A DNA stretch of 32,655 nucleotides, from IMG/VR virus record IMGVR_UViG_3300020042_001030, positions 1 through 32,655 of that record; one strand, 5' to 3'. This DNA is from a virus. Lineage: Duplodnaviria; Caudoviricetes. This document shows positions 7,651 to 18,400 of the stretch, one piece after another. The stretch's first letter is position 1; each line of letters begins with the position of its first letter. A program made the translations under genes and the position numbers. Under the pieces are notes generated by a model. The model worked only from the letters and a program-made list of their open reading frames with translations, did no database searches and was not told where the DNA came from.

Positions 7651-10512
7651 ATGCCATTACAAAAACTACTGCTCAAACCCGGTGTAAACAAAGAAAACAC
7701 CCGATACACCAACGAGGGTGGGTGGTATGACTGCGACAAGATTCGCTTCCGCCAAGGCACGCCTGAGAAGATCGGTGGCTGGTCACAGATTTCTAGTTAT
7801 ACGTACGAAGGCACATGCCGCTCCCTCTGGTCATGGGCTTCTCTAAACGGAATAGTCTATGTTGGGGTTGGCACTTACTTAAAGTTTTATGTAGAGCAAG
7901 GCGGGGCGTATAACGACATTACGCCGATTCGGTCTTATGTAACGCTTAGTGGCCCGTTTGTAGCAATTGCCCCGCAAACATTTACAGTAACTATTGCGAA
8001 CCCCGCAGTGCTAACAGCCTCTTCTTTGGCTACCATAACAAATGGTATGGCGTTTACGCTTACAACCACAGGTAGCCTACCAACTGGGTTAACCACAGGG
8101 GTTACATATTACGCGGTTAATTCGTCTACCAACACTTGCCGACTTGCTTTGACTGTTGGCGGCACTGCCATTATAACAACGGGAACGCAATCGGGTACGC
8201 ACACATTAACATCTACAACGCTAACAGTTACTAGTTCAACACATGGCGCAGCAACAGGCGACTACGTTAACTTCCTTGGTGCAGTAGCTCTCAGCACGCA
8301 GGCGTTTACCGGAGTGACTTTAATTAATGTTGTTATTACTGGTATAGCTGGACAATTTTCTTGTACCGCTTCAGTATTGGCTGTGGGACAGCCTGTAACT
8401 ATTAGTGGTATTTTTGCTGGGACTGGATCAATAACTGGGTATGTCAGCCCAACCACATACTTCATTATTGCAACCAATGGGTCAACTACATTTACGTTGT
8501 CGGCTACTTCTGGTGGCTCAGCTATCACGACAACTGCTGGAACGCCCACAGGTTTAACTTACAGAGTAACAACCAACTTCACCCTGTTCTCAGCACTTGC
8601 ACAGAACACACCCGTTGTTCTCACAATATCTACAGGCGGCGCTTTACCGACCGGACTGTTGACCGGGGTTCAGTACTACATTAATGTGGTGTCGGGTACA
8701 ACTGTCAATTTTACTAACGTCCCTAACGGTGCGGCAATCAGTACATCAACGGTTGGCTCAGGCACATTCTCCTTGTATGTAAACAACGGGGTGACGGCGG
8801 AGGTACTAGACAGCAGTTTTGCTGTTACGGTCATTAACGCTAACTCGTTTACTATTGATACTTCAGTTGCGGCTGGTGTGTACGATACTGGCAATGGTGG
8901 CACAGTTAATGCCTACTACGAAATACCTGTCGGATACGACTCATCACAACCATTAACTGGTTGGGGCGCAGGTGCTTGGGGTTCTGGTTCTTGGGGTACG
9001 GGGCAGTCTAGTGTTGCGCCTGCACGTATCTGGTATCAGAACAACTTTGGTCAGGACTTGATCTTCGGCTACCGTGGTGGCCCGCTCTACTACTGGAACG
9101 CATCGATTGATACGCAGCTAAAGGCTTTCACTATTACTATTGCCGTTCCCGGCGTTGTAACTTTATCCAACGGCTCCCTTACTAATGGTACGGCAGTTGT
9201 CTTGGAGTCTACCGGCACTTTGCCAACAGGCTTGACGATTGGCACAACCTACTACACAGGCGGAGCATCAGGCGCAACGGTAAGATTGGCAACGACCTAC
9301 GCCAATGCTTTGGCAAGTACATTCATCACAACCACTGGCTCACAGACTGGTACGCACTACATCCTACCTAATGGTATTCCGGTTACATCTTTGGGTGGAG
9401 CTTCAGATGTTCCTGCCCTTGCAAATTTTGTAATGGTGTCTGATGCTAGTAGATTTACTATTTGTTTTGGTTGTTCAATCTATGCAGCCACAGACACAAC
9501 AATAGACCCCATGCTGATTCGTTGGTCTGACCAAGAATCCGTTACAAACTGGACACCCTTGGTTACTAATCAAGCGGGCTTTATCCGCCTATCACACGGC
9601 TCTGAAATCGTTACTGCAGTGCAGACTCGCCAAGAGATTGTTGTGTTCACGGATACATCGCTGTACTCCATGCAGTACCTTGGTGCGCCGTTTATCTGGA
9701 GCACACAACTCTTAGGTGACAACGTCTCCATAGCAGGATACAACACTGCCATCGTCGCATCTGGTGTTGTTTATTGGATGGGCGTTGACAAGTTTTATAA
9801 ATACGATGGTAGAACCCAAACTCTGCGTTGTGATTTACTACGACATGTCTATAGCAATATAAATCTCGATCAGCAAGCGCAGTTCTTTGTTGGTACTAAC
9901 GAAGGCTTTAATGAGATATGGTGGTTCTACTGTTCTTCTGGCTCCACAACCATTGATAGCTATGTAACCTATAACTACACAGAGGATTTGTGGGCTTACG
10001 GCAGTATGGCTAGAACAGCATGGCTAGACTCAGGTTTGATTACAAACCCTATTGCGGCTACGTATGTCTATAACCTTGTCTACCATGAGTACGGTGTTGA
10101 CGATAACGCTACAGGAACTGCACTTCCTATTGAGGCATACATCACTTCGTCTGAGTTTGACATTGGCGACGGACACAACTTTGGGTTTATTTGGCGTTTA
10201 ATCCCCGACCTTACGTTCCGTGGCTCGTCTACTACGGGGGCTACTCCGCAAGTTACGTTCTATCTGCTACCCATGCAAAACTCTGGCTCTGGGTACAACG
10301 ATCCAGTGGAATCAGGTAATCAATCAGTTGGCGGTACAAGTTATGCCAACGTAGCCCGTATCGGTACATACGAAGTAGATCAGTTTACTGGTCAAGTCTA
10401 CACACGGGTGCGGGGACGGCAGATGGCTATGAAGATTTCCTCTAATCAAGTTGGAACGCAGTGGCAGTTGGGTGCTCCTCGTATTGACATCAGACCAGAT
10501 GGACGTCGCTAA
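7651..10512 (+). CDS. Tail nozzle/stabilisation-type virion protein (beta-propeller-like) with inserted Thr/Gly-rich repeat domains
   Basis: N-terminal KPGVNKENT...GWYDCDKIRFRQGTPEKIGGW, DPMLIRWSDQE...NQAG, VYWMG, FNEIWWFY, ARTAWLD, C-terminal RVRGRQ...WQLGAPRIDIRPDGRR. Gene position precedes the ejection genes. Confidence 0.72.
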   Translation: MPLQKLLLKPGVNKENTRYTNEGGWYDCDKIRFRQGTPEKIGGWSQISSYTYEGTCRSLWSWASLNGIVYVGVGTYLKFYVEQGGAYNDITPIRSYVTLSGPFVAIAPQTFTVTIANPAVLTASSLATITNGMAFTLTTTGSLPTGLTTGVTYYAVNSSTNTCRLALTVGGTAIITTGTQSGTHTLTSTTLTVTSSTHGAATGDYVNFLGAVALSTQAFTGVTLINVVITGIAGQFSCTASVLAVGQPVTISGIFAGTGSITGYVSPTTYFIIATNGSTTFTLSATSGGSAITTTAGTPTGLTYRVTTNFTLFSALAQNTPVVLTISTGGALPTGLLTGVQYYINVVSGTTVNFTNVPNGAAISTSTVGSGTFSLYVNNGVTAEVLDSSFAVTVINANSFTIDTSVAAGVYDTGNGGTVNAYYEIPVGYDSSQPLTGWGAGAWGSGSWGTGQSSVAPARIWYQNNFGQDLIFGYRGGPLYYWNASIDTQLKAFTITIAVPGVVTLSNGSLTNGTAVVLESTGTLPTGLTIGTTYYTGGASGATVRLATTYANALASTFITTTGSQTGTHYILPNGIPVTSLGGASDVPALANFVMVSDASRFTICFGCSIYAATDTTIDPMLIRWSDQESVTNWTPLVTNQAGFIRLSHGSEIVTAVQTRQEIVVFTDTSLYSMQYLGAPFIWSTQLLGDNVSIAGYNTAIVASGVVYWMGVDKFYKYDGRTQTLRCDLLRHVYSNINLDQQAQFFVGTNEGFNEIWWFYCSSGSTTIDSYVTYNYTEDLWAYGSMARTAWLDSGLITNPIAATYVYNLVYHEYGVDDNATGTALPIEAYITSSEFDIGDGHNFGFIWRLIPDLTFRGSSTTGATPQVTFYLLPMQNSGSGYNDPVESGNQSVGGTSYANVARIGTYEVDQFTGQVYTRVRGRQMAMKISSNQVGTQWQLGAPRIDIRPDGRR

Positions 10513-11165
10513 TGGCTGGATTTGACCTAAAGATAACGGACTTTACAAACCCTGTTGCGCCAAACTTACCCCTTGCGCCGATTCAATACGATAGGCAGTT
10601 CCAAGATCAGTTTGAGAATATCCTACGCCTGTACTTTAATCAGTTAGACAACTCATTTGGTTCTTTGCTTGGGCCATCAGGTGGTAAGTATTTAAAGTTT
10701 CCCTATGGGGCGTTCTCCAGCGATCAAGACCAGACCGCTACGGCTAATACAGCCACATTGATGACGCTTAACACCACGGACTTCTCTAACGATGTGTCGA
10801 TTAGTTCTTCTGAGATTACGGTGGTAAATCCCGGTATATACAACTTGCAATTCAGCGCTCAGTTTCAAAACACGGACACTGCTTTTCAGGATGTCTACAT
10901 TTGGTTAAAGCAAAACGGGGTAGATATACCGGGTTCAACTGGTTTTGTGTCCATCCCAAATAGACACGCTGGAACGAACGGACATGCAATTGTTGGTTGG
11001 AACTATTTTTTAAGCATGGCGGCAAACGATCATGTGGAAATTTACTGGTCTATACCTACCACCGATGTAAGCATCCAGCATATTGCCGCATCTGGAAGAC
11101 CAACCAAGCCTGCAACCCAGTCTGTTGTAGCCACACTTTCATTTGTGTCTAGACTGCCATCGTGA
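10512..11165 (+). CDS. Virion protein with N-terminal helical anchor and C1q/TNF-like C-terminal domain
   Basis: APNLPLAPIQYD...NILRLYFNQLD then PYGAFSS...PGIYNLQFSAQF...DHVEIYW beta domain. Confidence 0.65.
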   Translation: MAGFDLKITDFTNPVAPNLPLAPIQYDRQFQDQFENILRLYFNQLDNSFGSLLGPSGGKYLKFPYGAFSSDQDQTATANTATLMTLNTTDFSNDVSISSSEITVVNPGIYNLQFSAQFQNTDTAFQDVYIWLKQNGVDIPGSTGFVSIPNRHAGTNGHAIVGWNYFLSMAANDHVEIYWSIPTTDVSIQHIAASGRPTKPATQSVVATLSFVSRLPS

Positions 11166-11171
11166 TAAACT
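11143..11171 (+). promoter_or_regulatory. Candidate sigma70 promoter for the internal-virion gene block
   Basis: TTGTGT (11143-11148), 17-nt spacer, extended -10 TGaTAAACT (-10 at 11166-11171), then an AT-rich gap and an AAGGAG SD before 11202. Confidence 0.4.
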
Positions 11172-11201
11172 TTAATAAAATTTTGCTAAAAGGAGCCTCC
11201 T

Positions 11202-12536
11202 ATGGCTGATTACGGTATAGGTGAATATTTATTAGCTGAGGCAGCCGGAGACGCTGCTATTGCCGATATGGTAGGTTTGTCTACTGCGGATTTAATCGGT
11301 TCTGGCGTTATTGAAGGCGTTGGCGCTGGCGCTGGTGCTTTTGGTGCCGCCGAAGCCGTTGGTGCCGCTGGTGCCGCTGAAGGTGCTGGTGCCCTAACTG
11401 CCGCCGATTTAATTGCTTCCGGTGCGGTTCCAAATATAGGTTCTACTGTTGCTTCTGGCGCTTTTGATAGTGCTGGATTTCAAGGCATTGACGCACTTGG
11501 AAATCAAATCATAGACCCTGTAACACGGGCAATCCAAGCGGGAAACATGGCTAATACAGGTATGACTGTACCTAATGCGTTCCAAGGTATTACTGAACTA
11601 GATGCCGCGCAAACTGCGGACTTGATGAAGAACATTGATCCTCGGATGATTGATATGGTTCAACCCGTTGAGGATGCGGCAAATGTAACTTCAAGAGGTG
11701 TAGATTTAGCAGGTAATGGTAATACTCTGCAAACACAGATGGATTTAAGCAATCGAGTTGGAAATATTAATCAAGTGCAAGACATGATGCCTGCTTTTAA
11801 TAGCGGGCCAGTTAGCGCCGTTGCAACTCCCGGATACTTAGACCAAGCACTTGCTCTTGCGGATAAGTACAAAACCCCCCTTATAACAGGCGCGGCTACT
11901 GCAGGTATTAAATCTTTACTAAGTGGGGATAAGCAGAAATATGGCATAAACCCAGAAGCCACAAAACCTTATAGCGGCCCGCTTTCCAAGTTTAGCTATA
12001 ACCCAGCGACTTACACCCCTGCATCAAATCCAGCACCAAACTACTACACCCCACAGTACAAACGCTATGTGGCAGGTGGAATGGCTAAGTCCGATTCAAT
12101 GTCGGATTTAATGGGTAGCAGGGATTCAATAGATAAGTACTTAACAGAGTATCAGTCTGACCCAGCTAGTGTCCATCAAAAAGCTAAAGCTGGCGACTAC
12201 AACGCCATGATTGCGTTAAACAAAATTAACCAAACCCCTAATCAAAATTATGCTACAGGCGGTATTGCCCAACTAGCCGTAGGCGGTAAATTGCTTCGCG
12301 GACAAGGCGACGGCATGAGTGACAGTATCAAAGCAAATATTTCTGGTAAGCGTCAGGCTAGGCTTGCAGACGGCGAGTTCGTAGTCCCTGCAGATGTTGT
12401 TAGCCACCTAGGTAACGGTTCTACCGATGCCGGTGCAAAACAGTTGTATAGCATGATGGACAAGGTACGAAATGCCCGCACGGGGCGTAAGTCTCAAGGA
12501 CGTCAGATAACACCGCAAAAATATATGCCAGCATGA
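11202..12536 (+). CDS. Internal virion/ejection-type protein
   Basis: Strong SD. Ala/Gly-rich N-terminus. C-terminal conserved GQGDGMSDSIKA...RLADGEFVVPADVVSHLGNGSTDAGAKQL motif. Confidence 0.65.
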   Translation: MADYGIGEYLLAEAAGDAAIADMVGLSTADLIGSGVIEGVGAGAGAFGAAEAVGAAGAAEGAGALTAADLIASGAVPNIGSTVASGAFDSAGFQGIDALGNQIIDPVTRAIQAGNMANTGMTVPNAFQGITELDAAQTADLMKNIDPRMIDMVQPVEDAANVTSRGVDLAGNGNTLQTQMDLSNRVGNINQVQDMMPAFNSGPVSAVATPGYLDQALALADKYKTPLITGAATAGIKSLLSGDKQKYGINPEATKPYSGPLSKFSYNPATYTPASNPAPNYYTPQYKRYVAGGMAKSDSMSDLMGSRDSIDKYLTEYQSDPASVHQKAKAGDYNAMIALNKINQTPNQNYATGGIAQLAVGGKLLRGQGDGMSDSIKANISGKRQARLADGEFVVPADVVSHLGNGSTDAGAKQLYSMMDKVRNARTGRKSQGRQITPQKYMPA

Positions 12537-12946
12537 CACTAACGGTTAAGTATGTCCAGAAAGAGCATGCCGCTCAAATGTGGCCTCTTGTTGAAACATA
12601 TATAAAGTCAGCCATGGAGCATGGACATGGGGACTACACACTTGACCAAGTGAAACTGCTAGTATGTATGGGTCAGTGGCTTTTGATGGTAGCGATGGAT
12701 GAGGATAGCAAGATTCATGGGGCGGCAACAGCGTCGTTCATGAACTACCCAAATGACAGGGTTGGGTTTATCACCTTCATGGGCGGCAAGTTAATTACTA
12801 ATCAAGAAACTTTTAAACAGATGTGCGATATTTTGAAACAGCGTGGGGCGACTAAGGTGCAAGGCATGGCTAGACCTGCGACCGCTCGTTTGTGGAAAAG
12901 ATATGGTTTTAATGAGCGTTCCACCTTAGTGGAAACGAGGATTTAG
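12533..12946 (+). CDS. GNAT-fold virion assembly protein (positional analogue of T7 gp13 / P22 gp14)
   Basis: WPLVETYIKSAM...YTLDQV...FITFMGG...GATKVQGMARPATARLWKRYGF acetyltransferase-like pattern. Located among the ejection genes. Confidence 0.6.
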   Translation: MTLTVKYVQKEHAAQMWPLVETYIKSAMEHGHGDYTLDQVKLLVCMGQWLLMVAMDEDSKIHGAATASFMNYPNDRVGFITFMGGKLITNQETFKQMCDILKQRGATKVQGMARPATARLWKRYGFNERSTLVETRI

Positions 12947-12954
12947 GAGGCTTT

Positions 12955-13725
12955 ATGGCAGATCCGGTATCACAGACAATTACGCAAACGAATATTCCCG
13001 AATACGCAAGACCGTACGTCGAGTCAATGCTGGGTGCAACTCAGCAACAACTATTTAATACAACACCTAACGCAGCGGGTGGTTACGACATCTCAGGTGT
13101 TAAGCCATATCAGGCTTATAGCGACGATCCAAGCAGATACTTTGCCGATTTCAGCCCGATGCAACAACAGGCATTTGGACAGGCTGGTCCGGGCGGGTTT
13201 GCTAGTACTGTTGGTCAGTACATGAACCCATACCTACAGATGTCGCTGGCTCCCCAGTTAGCGGAGGCTAACCGTGCTTATGATATTAGTGGTATGAACG
13301 CTAATGCGCAGGCTACTCGGGCAGGTGCTTTTGGTGGTGGTCGTCAGGCTTTGATGCAGTCCGAGAACGAGCGCAACCGTAACATGGGTATCGCAGGTAT
13401 TCTTGGTCAAGGCTACAACAATGCCTTTCAAGGTGCAACAAATCAGTACAACACCGGCATAGGCCAACTGTTGCAGATGGGCGGACAGCAACAACAGCAA
13501 GAACAAAATAAGATTAACCAATCGGTGCAGAACTACGCTATGGGTCAGCAGTACCCACAACAGCAACTCGCGTTTATGAACTCTATGCTTAGGGGTTTAC
13601 CATTACAGACAGCCACAACATCTGCTTATCAAGCGGCTCCTAGTACGGTGTCTCAAATGGCTGGTTTAGGCACTGCCGGTATTGCCGGATTGGGTCTATA
13701 TAACACTATGAATAGAGGTTACTAA
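12955..13725 (+). CDS. DNA ejection/pilot protein (small)
   Basis: AGGAGG SD. Gln-rich, with YMNPY, AGAFGGGRQA, QYPQQQLAFM and a C-terminal Gly-rich hydrophobic helix. Confidence 0.65.
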   Translation: MADPVSQTITQTNIPEYARPYVESMLGATQQQLFNTTPNAAGGYDISGVKPYQAYSDDPSRYFADFSPMQQQAFGQAGPGGFASTVGQYMNPYLQMSLAPQLAEANRAYDISGMNANAQATRAGAFGGGRQALMQSENERNRNMGIAGILGQGYNNAFQGATNQYNTGIGQLLQMGGQQQQQEQNKINQSVQNYAMGQQYPQQQLAFMNSMLRGLPLQTATTSAYQAAPSTVSQMAGLGTAGIAGLGLYNTMNRGY

Positions 13726-13726
13726 T

Positions 13727-15424
13727 ATGGTTGGAGATTACTTCAGCAGAATGGCTACTGCTCAAAATATGCCACCACAAGCGCTTACTAAGTCTGTGCA
13801 GAATGGGGTGTTAACTCCAAACATGGCTAGTGACACAATGCAGAGTCAGGCACGTCCAGCACCTTCACAGGGTATTCAGTCTCTTCAAGAGCCTCCTATT
13901 GCTCAACAGGTTATGCAGGAAGCAGACCAACTAACTGCCCCAGAAAAACTAGCGCAAGAAATTGATTACGTAAGAGGCAATATTCAAAAAGTCCAAGAAG
14001 GTGTTCAAGCTGGCAGTATTGAAGCCTATAAGGGTATACCCTTTCTAAAAGAACAAATAAATACATTGCGTAGCCTAGAGCAACAGTTGCAAGCACTAAC
14101 TAACCCGCAACAAGCAATGCAGCAAATGCCTCAGATGCCTGCTCAACAAACATCTCAAATGCCGCCACAACAGATGGCTCAGGCACCACAAGGTATTGAT
14201 GCCGCTCAGAGTAATTTACCTGCCGAAGGCTACGCTGGTGGTGGTATTGTTGCGTTTGTTAATAATGAAAATCAGCCTGTTGACGCTGAAATGCCCAGTA
14301 CAACTAGTCGGTTTGAACAAATGTTACCTAGTTGGTTAAAGCCCGGCAACCCGCAAGAATACCTTAAAAAAAATAAAGCATATAAAGATTTAATAGAAAC
14401 AACTAAATCTGCTCCGGGGTTTTTTGAACAAACAACACCCCAAAAACTTGCTGAATCACAGGCAAATATAAAAGCCGCTGGCGAAGTGCTTAGAGGTAAA
14501 CCTCCAGAAGTTGTACCCGTTGCTCCTGTTGCGGAAACCAAAAAAAAGACAGGCATTATTATACACGATAACAAGCCTTCAAGTGGTGGCGGCATTAAAA
14601 GGGAACCCCCTACACCGCGTACTGATTTGGGCATTCCATTAATCTATGGACCCCCAGAGGAAGACGTTATTGCTACTCAAAAAGCAGAAAACAAGGCTAG
14701 TAATGAGGAACTTAAAAAGTTAATCCTTGGCGACGCAAAAGATAGAGATAAACAATCCACTATCCAAACACTTCTTAAGATTATGGGTAGGGGTTTTGAA
14801 GCCGCCGGTGGCACTTCTCCATATGCAATGGCTAATATTGGCCCAGCCGCAGCCAAAGGCGCTGGCGATATTGCTGAACTCTACGCACAGCAAGAAGCTG
14901 CTAAAGAGAAGCGTGTTGGTCAGTTGGTTGCTCTTGGTCTCAAAGGCCAAGAACTTAATGCTGAACTTGCTAAGTTGGGGCTTACTAAGAAGTACCAAGA
15001 AATGCACGGGCCATTATTTCAAGCACAGGCTGCAGAAGCACGGGCTAAAATTCCGTTATACGCAGCACAGACCGATTACTTTTATCGGCGTCCAACGGCA
15101 GGTGCAGGTGCCAATGCTGGGGCACCAAAGGGTATTCCGTTTGCGGAAATGCGTAAGGTTGAACAAGAGTTTGAAGGTTATTTAGCTAACCCAAAAACTA
15201 TTCTGGCGTCTCCTTTAGAGCGAATGATTCCACCTGAAACCGATAAGACTCTTGGTTGGATTAGACAAGGGCTAGGAACTAAACCGGGCACGCCTTCGTA
15301 CAATAATTCTATGAAAGCAGTGCGCGACATTGCAGAAGCAGAAAAGAACAAAATGTATCAAAAAGGGTATTTGTTAGGTGGTAGAAACTCTGCGCCCGGA
15401 GTTTTTGCTAGTGAAGAACCTTAA
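13727..15424 (+). CDS. Internal virion/ejection protein (medium)
   Basis: Gln/Pro-rich helical protein with GYAGGGIVAF and GGTSPYAMANIG motifs. Located between the small and large ejection genes. Confidence 0.6.
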   Translation: MVGDYFSRMATAQNMPPQALTKSVQNGVLTPNMASDTMQSQARPAPSQGIQSLQEPPIAQQVMQEADQLTAPEKLAQEIDYVRGNIQKVQEGVQAGSIEAYKGIPFLKEQINTLRSLEQQLQALTNPQQAMQQMPQMPAQQTSQMPPQQMAQAPQGIDAAQSNLPAEGYAGGGIVAFVNNENQPVDAEMPSTTSRFEQMLPSWLKPGNPQEYLKKNKAYKDLIETTKSAPGFFEQTTPQKLAESQANIKAAGEVLRGKPPEVVPVAPVAETKKKTGIIIHDNKPSSGGGIKREPPTPRTDLGIPLIYGPPEEDVIATQKAENKASNEELKKLILGDAKDRDKQSTIQTLLKIMGRGFEAAGGTSPYAMANIGPAAAKGAGDIAELYAQQEAAKEKRVGQLVALGLKGQELNAELAKLGLTKKYQEMHGPLFQAQAAEARAKIPLYAAQTDYFYRRPTAGAGANAGAPKGIPFAEMRKVEQEFEGYLANPKTILASPLERMIPPETDKTLGWIRQGLGTKPGTPSYNNSMKAVRDIAEAEKNKMYQKGYLLGGRNSAPGVFASEEP

Positions 15425-15433
15425 GGAGCACGC

Positions 15434-18400
15434 ATGCCACGCGTAACGATACCCGGAGTTGGGGATGTAATGTTCCCCAACAATATGCCACGTGATGAGA
15501 TCATGTCACGTGCTGAGGCCATGCAAGCACAGGCAAGTCAACCTATGTTTGACCCAAGAGATTTGCCAACTGGAAAACTTATTAGTGGTGGTTTTTCTCG
15601 TGGGTTGGAGGGGTTAAAGGGTACGGCACTTGATTTGATTCCTGCATTTGCAGGGTCTATATTTGGTAAAAACGATTACGCCAAAGAACAGCTAAAAGAA
15701 TACCAAGACCGCATGGCTGCGGCTGAAGTTGAAAATCCCGCCGCGTATGACTCGTATAAAAAGATACGTGATGCAGGAGACATCCTTCCGTTTGCCGCTG
15801 AAACAATAGGTGAAGTCGGTCCTGATATTCTTGGCTTCTTAACCGGTGCTGGCGCTGGTACTTCTATTGGTAAACGACTTGCTACGTCTGGGGCTAAGAA
15901 AGCTCTGGAGACTTCACTACCCGCACGGGTTGCTGAGAAGGGTTTAACCGCAGAAGCCGCTACAGCCTTAGAAAAACGCGCCTTACGCAAAGCCGCAACT
16001 ACTGGTGCAAATGTAGGTCAAATAGTAGGTGTTGGCGGGGCATCCGCTGGATTAAATATCCCAGACACGTTTAACCAAATTTATCAAGATACTGGTAAGT
16101 TAGAGCCGGGAATAGCAATAACCATTGGTTCCTTGGTATCGGCACTTGATACGTTCCTACCCGCTAGGATGTTGGCACAACTTGGCCCATCTGGTAAAGC
16201 CCGGATTGCGGCTGAGATGCTTCAAAAATCTACAGTTGTACCCACAACTTTTAAGAAGGCATTTGCTGGCGAAGTATTAAAGACCGCTAGTGGCGAGTCT
16301 TTGACTGAAGGTGGACAACAAGCCCTACAAATTCTTGCTTCTCAGATAGCAGGGGACAAAGACCCGTTCTTCTCACAGAAAAATATTGATGAGATTATTA
16401 CGTCATCCCTTAAAGGCTTTATAGGTGGTGGTGCATATGGTGCTCCCGGCGCGGGCATTGAAGCTAGTCGTATTAAGTCTGAGCGTAATGCACAGGTTGC
16501 TCAACGCGAAGCCGATGCAGCTGCACTAGCGGCGCAACAAACAACACAGGTTCCTCCACCTCCCCCACTACAACAAGTTGAAACTGACCCCAATAAGATT
16601 ACTAGGGAAGTTGCACCGGGAATTACTTACGTGCCCGCTACTGGTGTATATACACAAACTCCTACTACCACTGCACCACAAATTGGTCGGGAAATACCGC
16701 GTCCAACACAAGAGACAGGCCCATTAGAGATGGTGGGCATGGGCGCACCTACGCTTGATATTAACCAAGGCGAGTTGTTTAACCGAGATTACTCGTACCA
16801 ACCCGCTGAACAGCAAACTCAAGAAGCTGCAGCCGAACCAGCACCAGCCGAATTTGGCACAGTGCTTGATGCTTCTGTCTTGCAAAGAACTGGTCTCAAA
16901 CCACAGTCTGGTTTCTTTAAGCAACTTCTTAACAAGGACATGTCTAATCCAGAGGATCAAGCCGCTGTACGTGCCGTACTTGTACAAATAAGAACCAACC
17001 CAAACTTATCTGAATCTACAAAGCAAGCCATCGAGGGGGTGGCTATGCAAGCGTTTGGCGCACTCGCTAAACAACAAGAGATGTTTGGCCCCCGTGGAGG
17101 CATACTTAAAGGAGCCGATGTTGGAAGAACAATTTCTAGACCTGTCAGTGAACCAACTGGAACAAGCGTTCCAACTACTGTCGAACCCACAAGTATTGAC
17201 CAAACCGCCGAAGGAGTTGAGCCGTCTGAGCAGGGGGGAGTGGGAAGTGCTGTCCGATCTGCTTTCGAGCCTGCAGTTAGAGAAGAAGTACAGCCAGATA
17301 CATTAACCCAAGAAGCACCCGCTCAAGAAGACGCGCTTGCCGTTGCCAATAGAGTTGCTGCACTCAGTGATGAAGAAATACTTAGCAACATGGCACAGTC
17401 CAAGACGTTGCTCAATGCTGTCATTGACAAACTTGGCATAGAGATACCCGGTCACACTAAGAACCGCAACGATAAGAACGCGCTTGTAACGAAGAAATAC
17501 TACATACAAGAGCACTTAAAAGGTTTGCAAGAAGAAACGCCAACGCAGGAAGGCCCAACACAGGAAGAACAAGATGCTATCCAAGCCGAACTGGATGCGG
17601 AACTGGGCAAAGAAACTGCGCCTGTTGTGGCGCGAGTCGCTCCCGCTAAGGAGGGAACTACTGAAGGAGTTTCTGAAGGAACTGATAAAGGCGGCACTAA
17701 GGCAGTGGCTGAGCCTGTTGTTAAAGCTACCCGTGCCAAAAAGAGTAAAGCACCGAGCCCTGCTAAGGCTACTGAAACTGTAGACGTCGACAAGTTGCTT
17801 GAAGAAGCAGATGAGCTTCCTTTAGAGATTCCTAAAAAAGCAAAGTTTGATGTAAGTGGAGGCTACACAGGTTTTGCTAAAAATGACATAACCAACATTG
17901 ATGACAGCATTGCCGTAACAGATTTGTTGCGTACCAAAAAACTAACCGAAATTGCTAAAGCTGCAAAAACTTATTTTGGCAAGATGCCTCGTTTGGTAGA
18001 TAACCTGCTGAACATGGCGTTTGATATTGTTTATGAAACCCCACAATTTAAACGCACAGACGAATCTTCTGAAGAAGCACAGTTCTTCAAAGGTATGAAT
18101 GGTGAAAAAGCTAATGATGCGTTTAAGTGGGTGCAGAACAACCTAAGCCCAGAAACTAACAAAGCGATACGTGAATTTATTCGTCGTTTTGAAATTGCAC
18201 GGGATACGACTAACGACCAACAGTTTATGGATTTGATTCGGGACGGTATTTCCGGCACCAGAGAAAACTACGACGACGAAACCGTTAAGAGTTATATCAG
18301 AGCGCAAGAAGCAGATGCCAAGACTAGGAAGCTTCTCGACAATGCTGTATCTCGTTTAGCGCATAGCCTACACCCAAGCATTATTTCTATGCTTCAAGCG

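Noticed and set aside
14727-15185. 152-aa +1-frame ORF inside the 565-aa gene, and the similar 17574-17783 ORF
   Set aside because: No convincing SD. The Leu/Lys/Arg-biased composition is expected from T-ending codons in the host frame.
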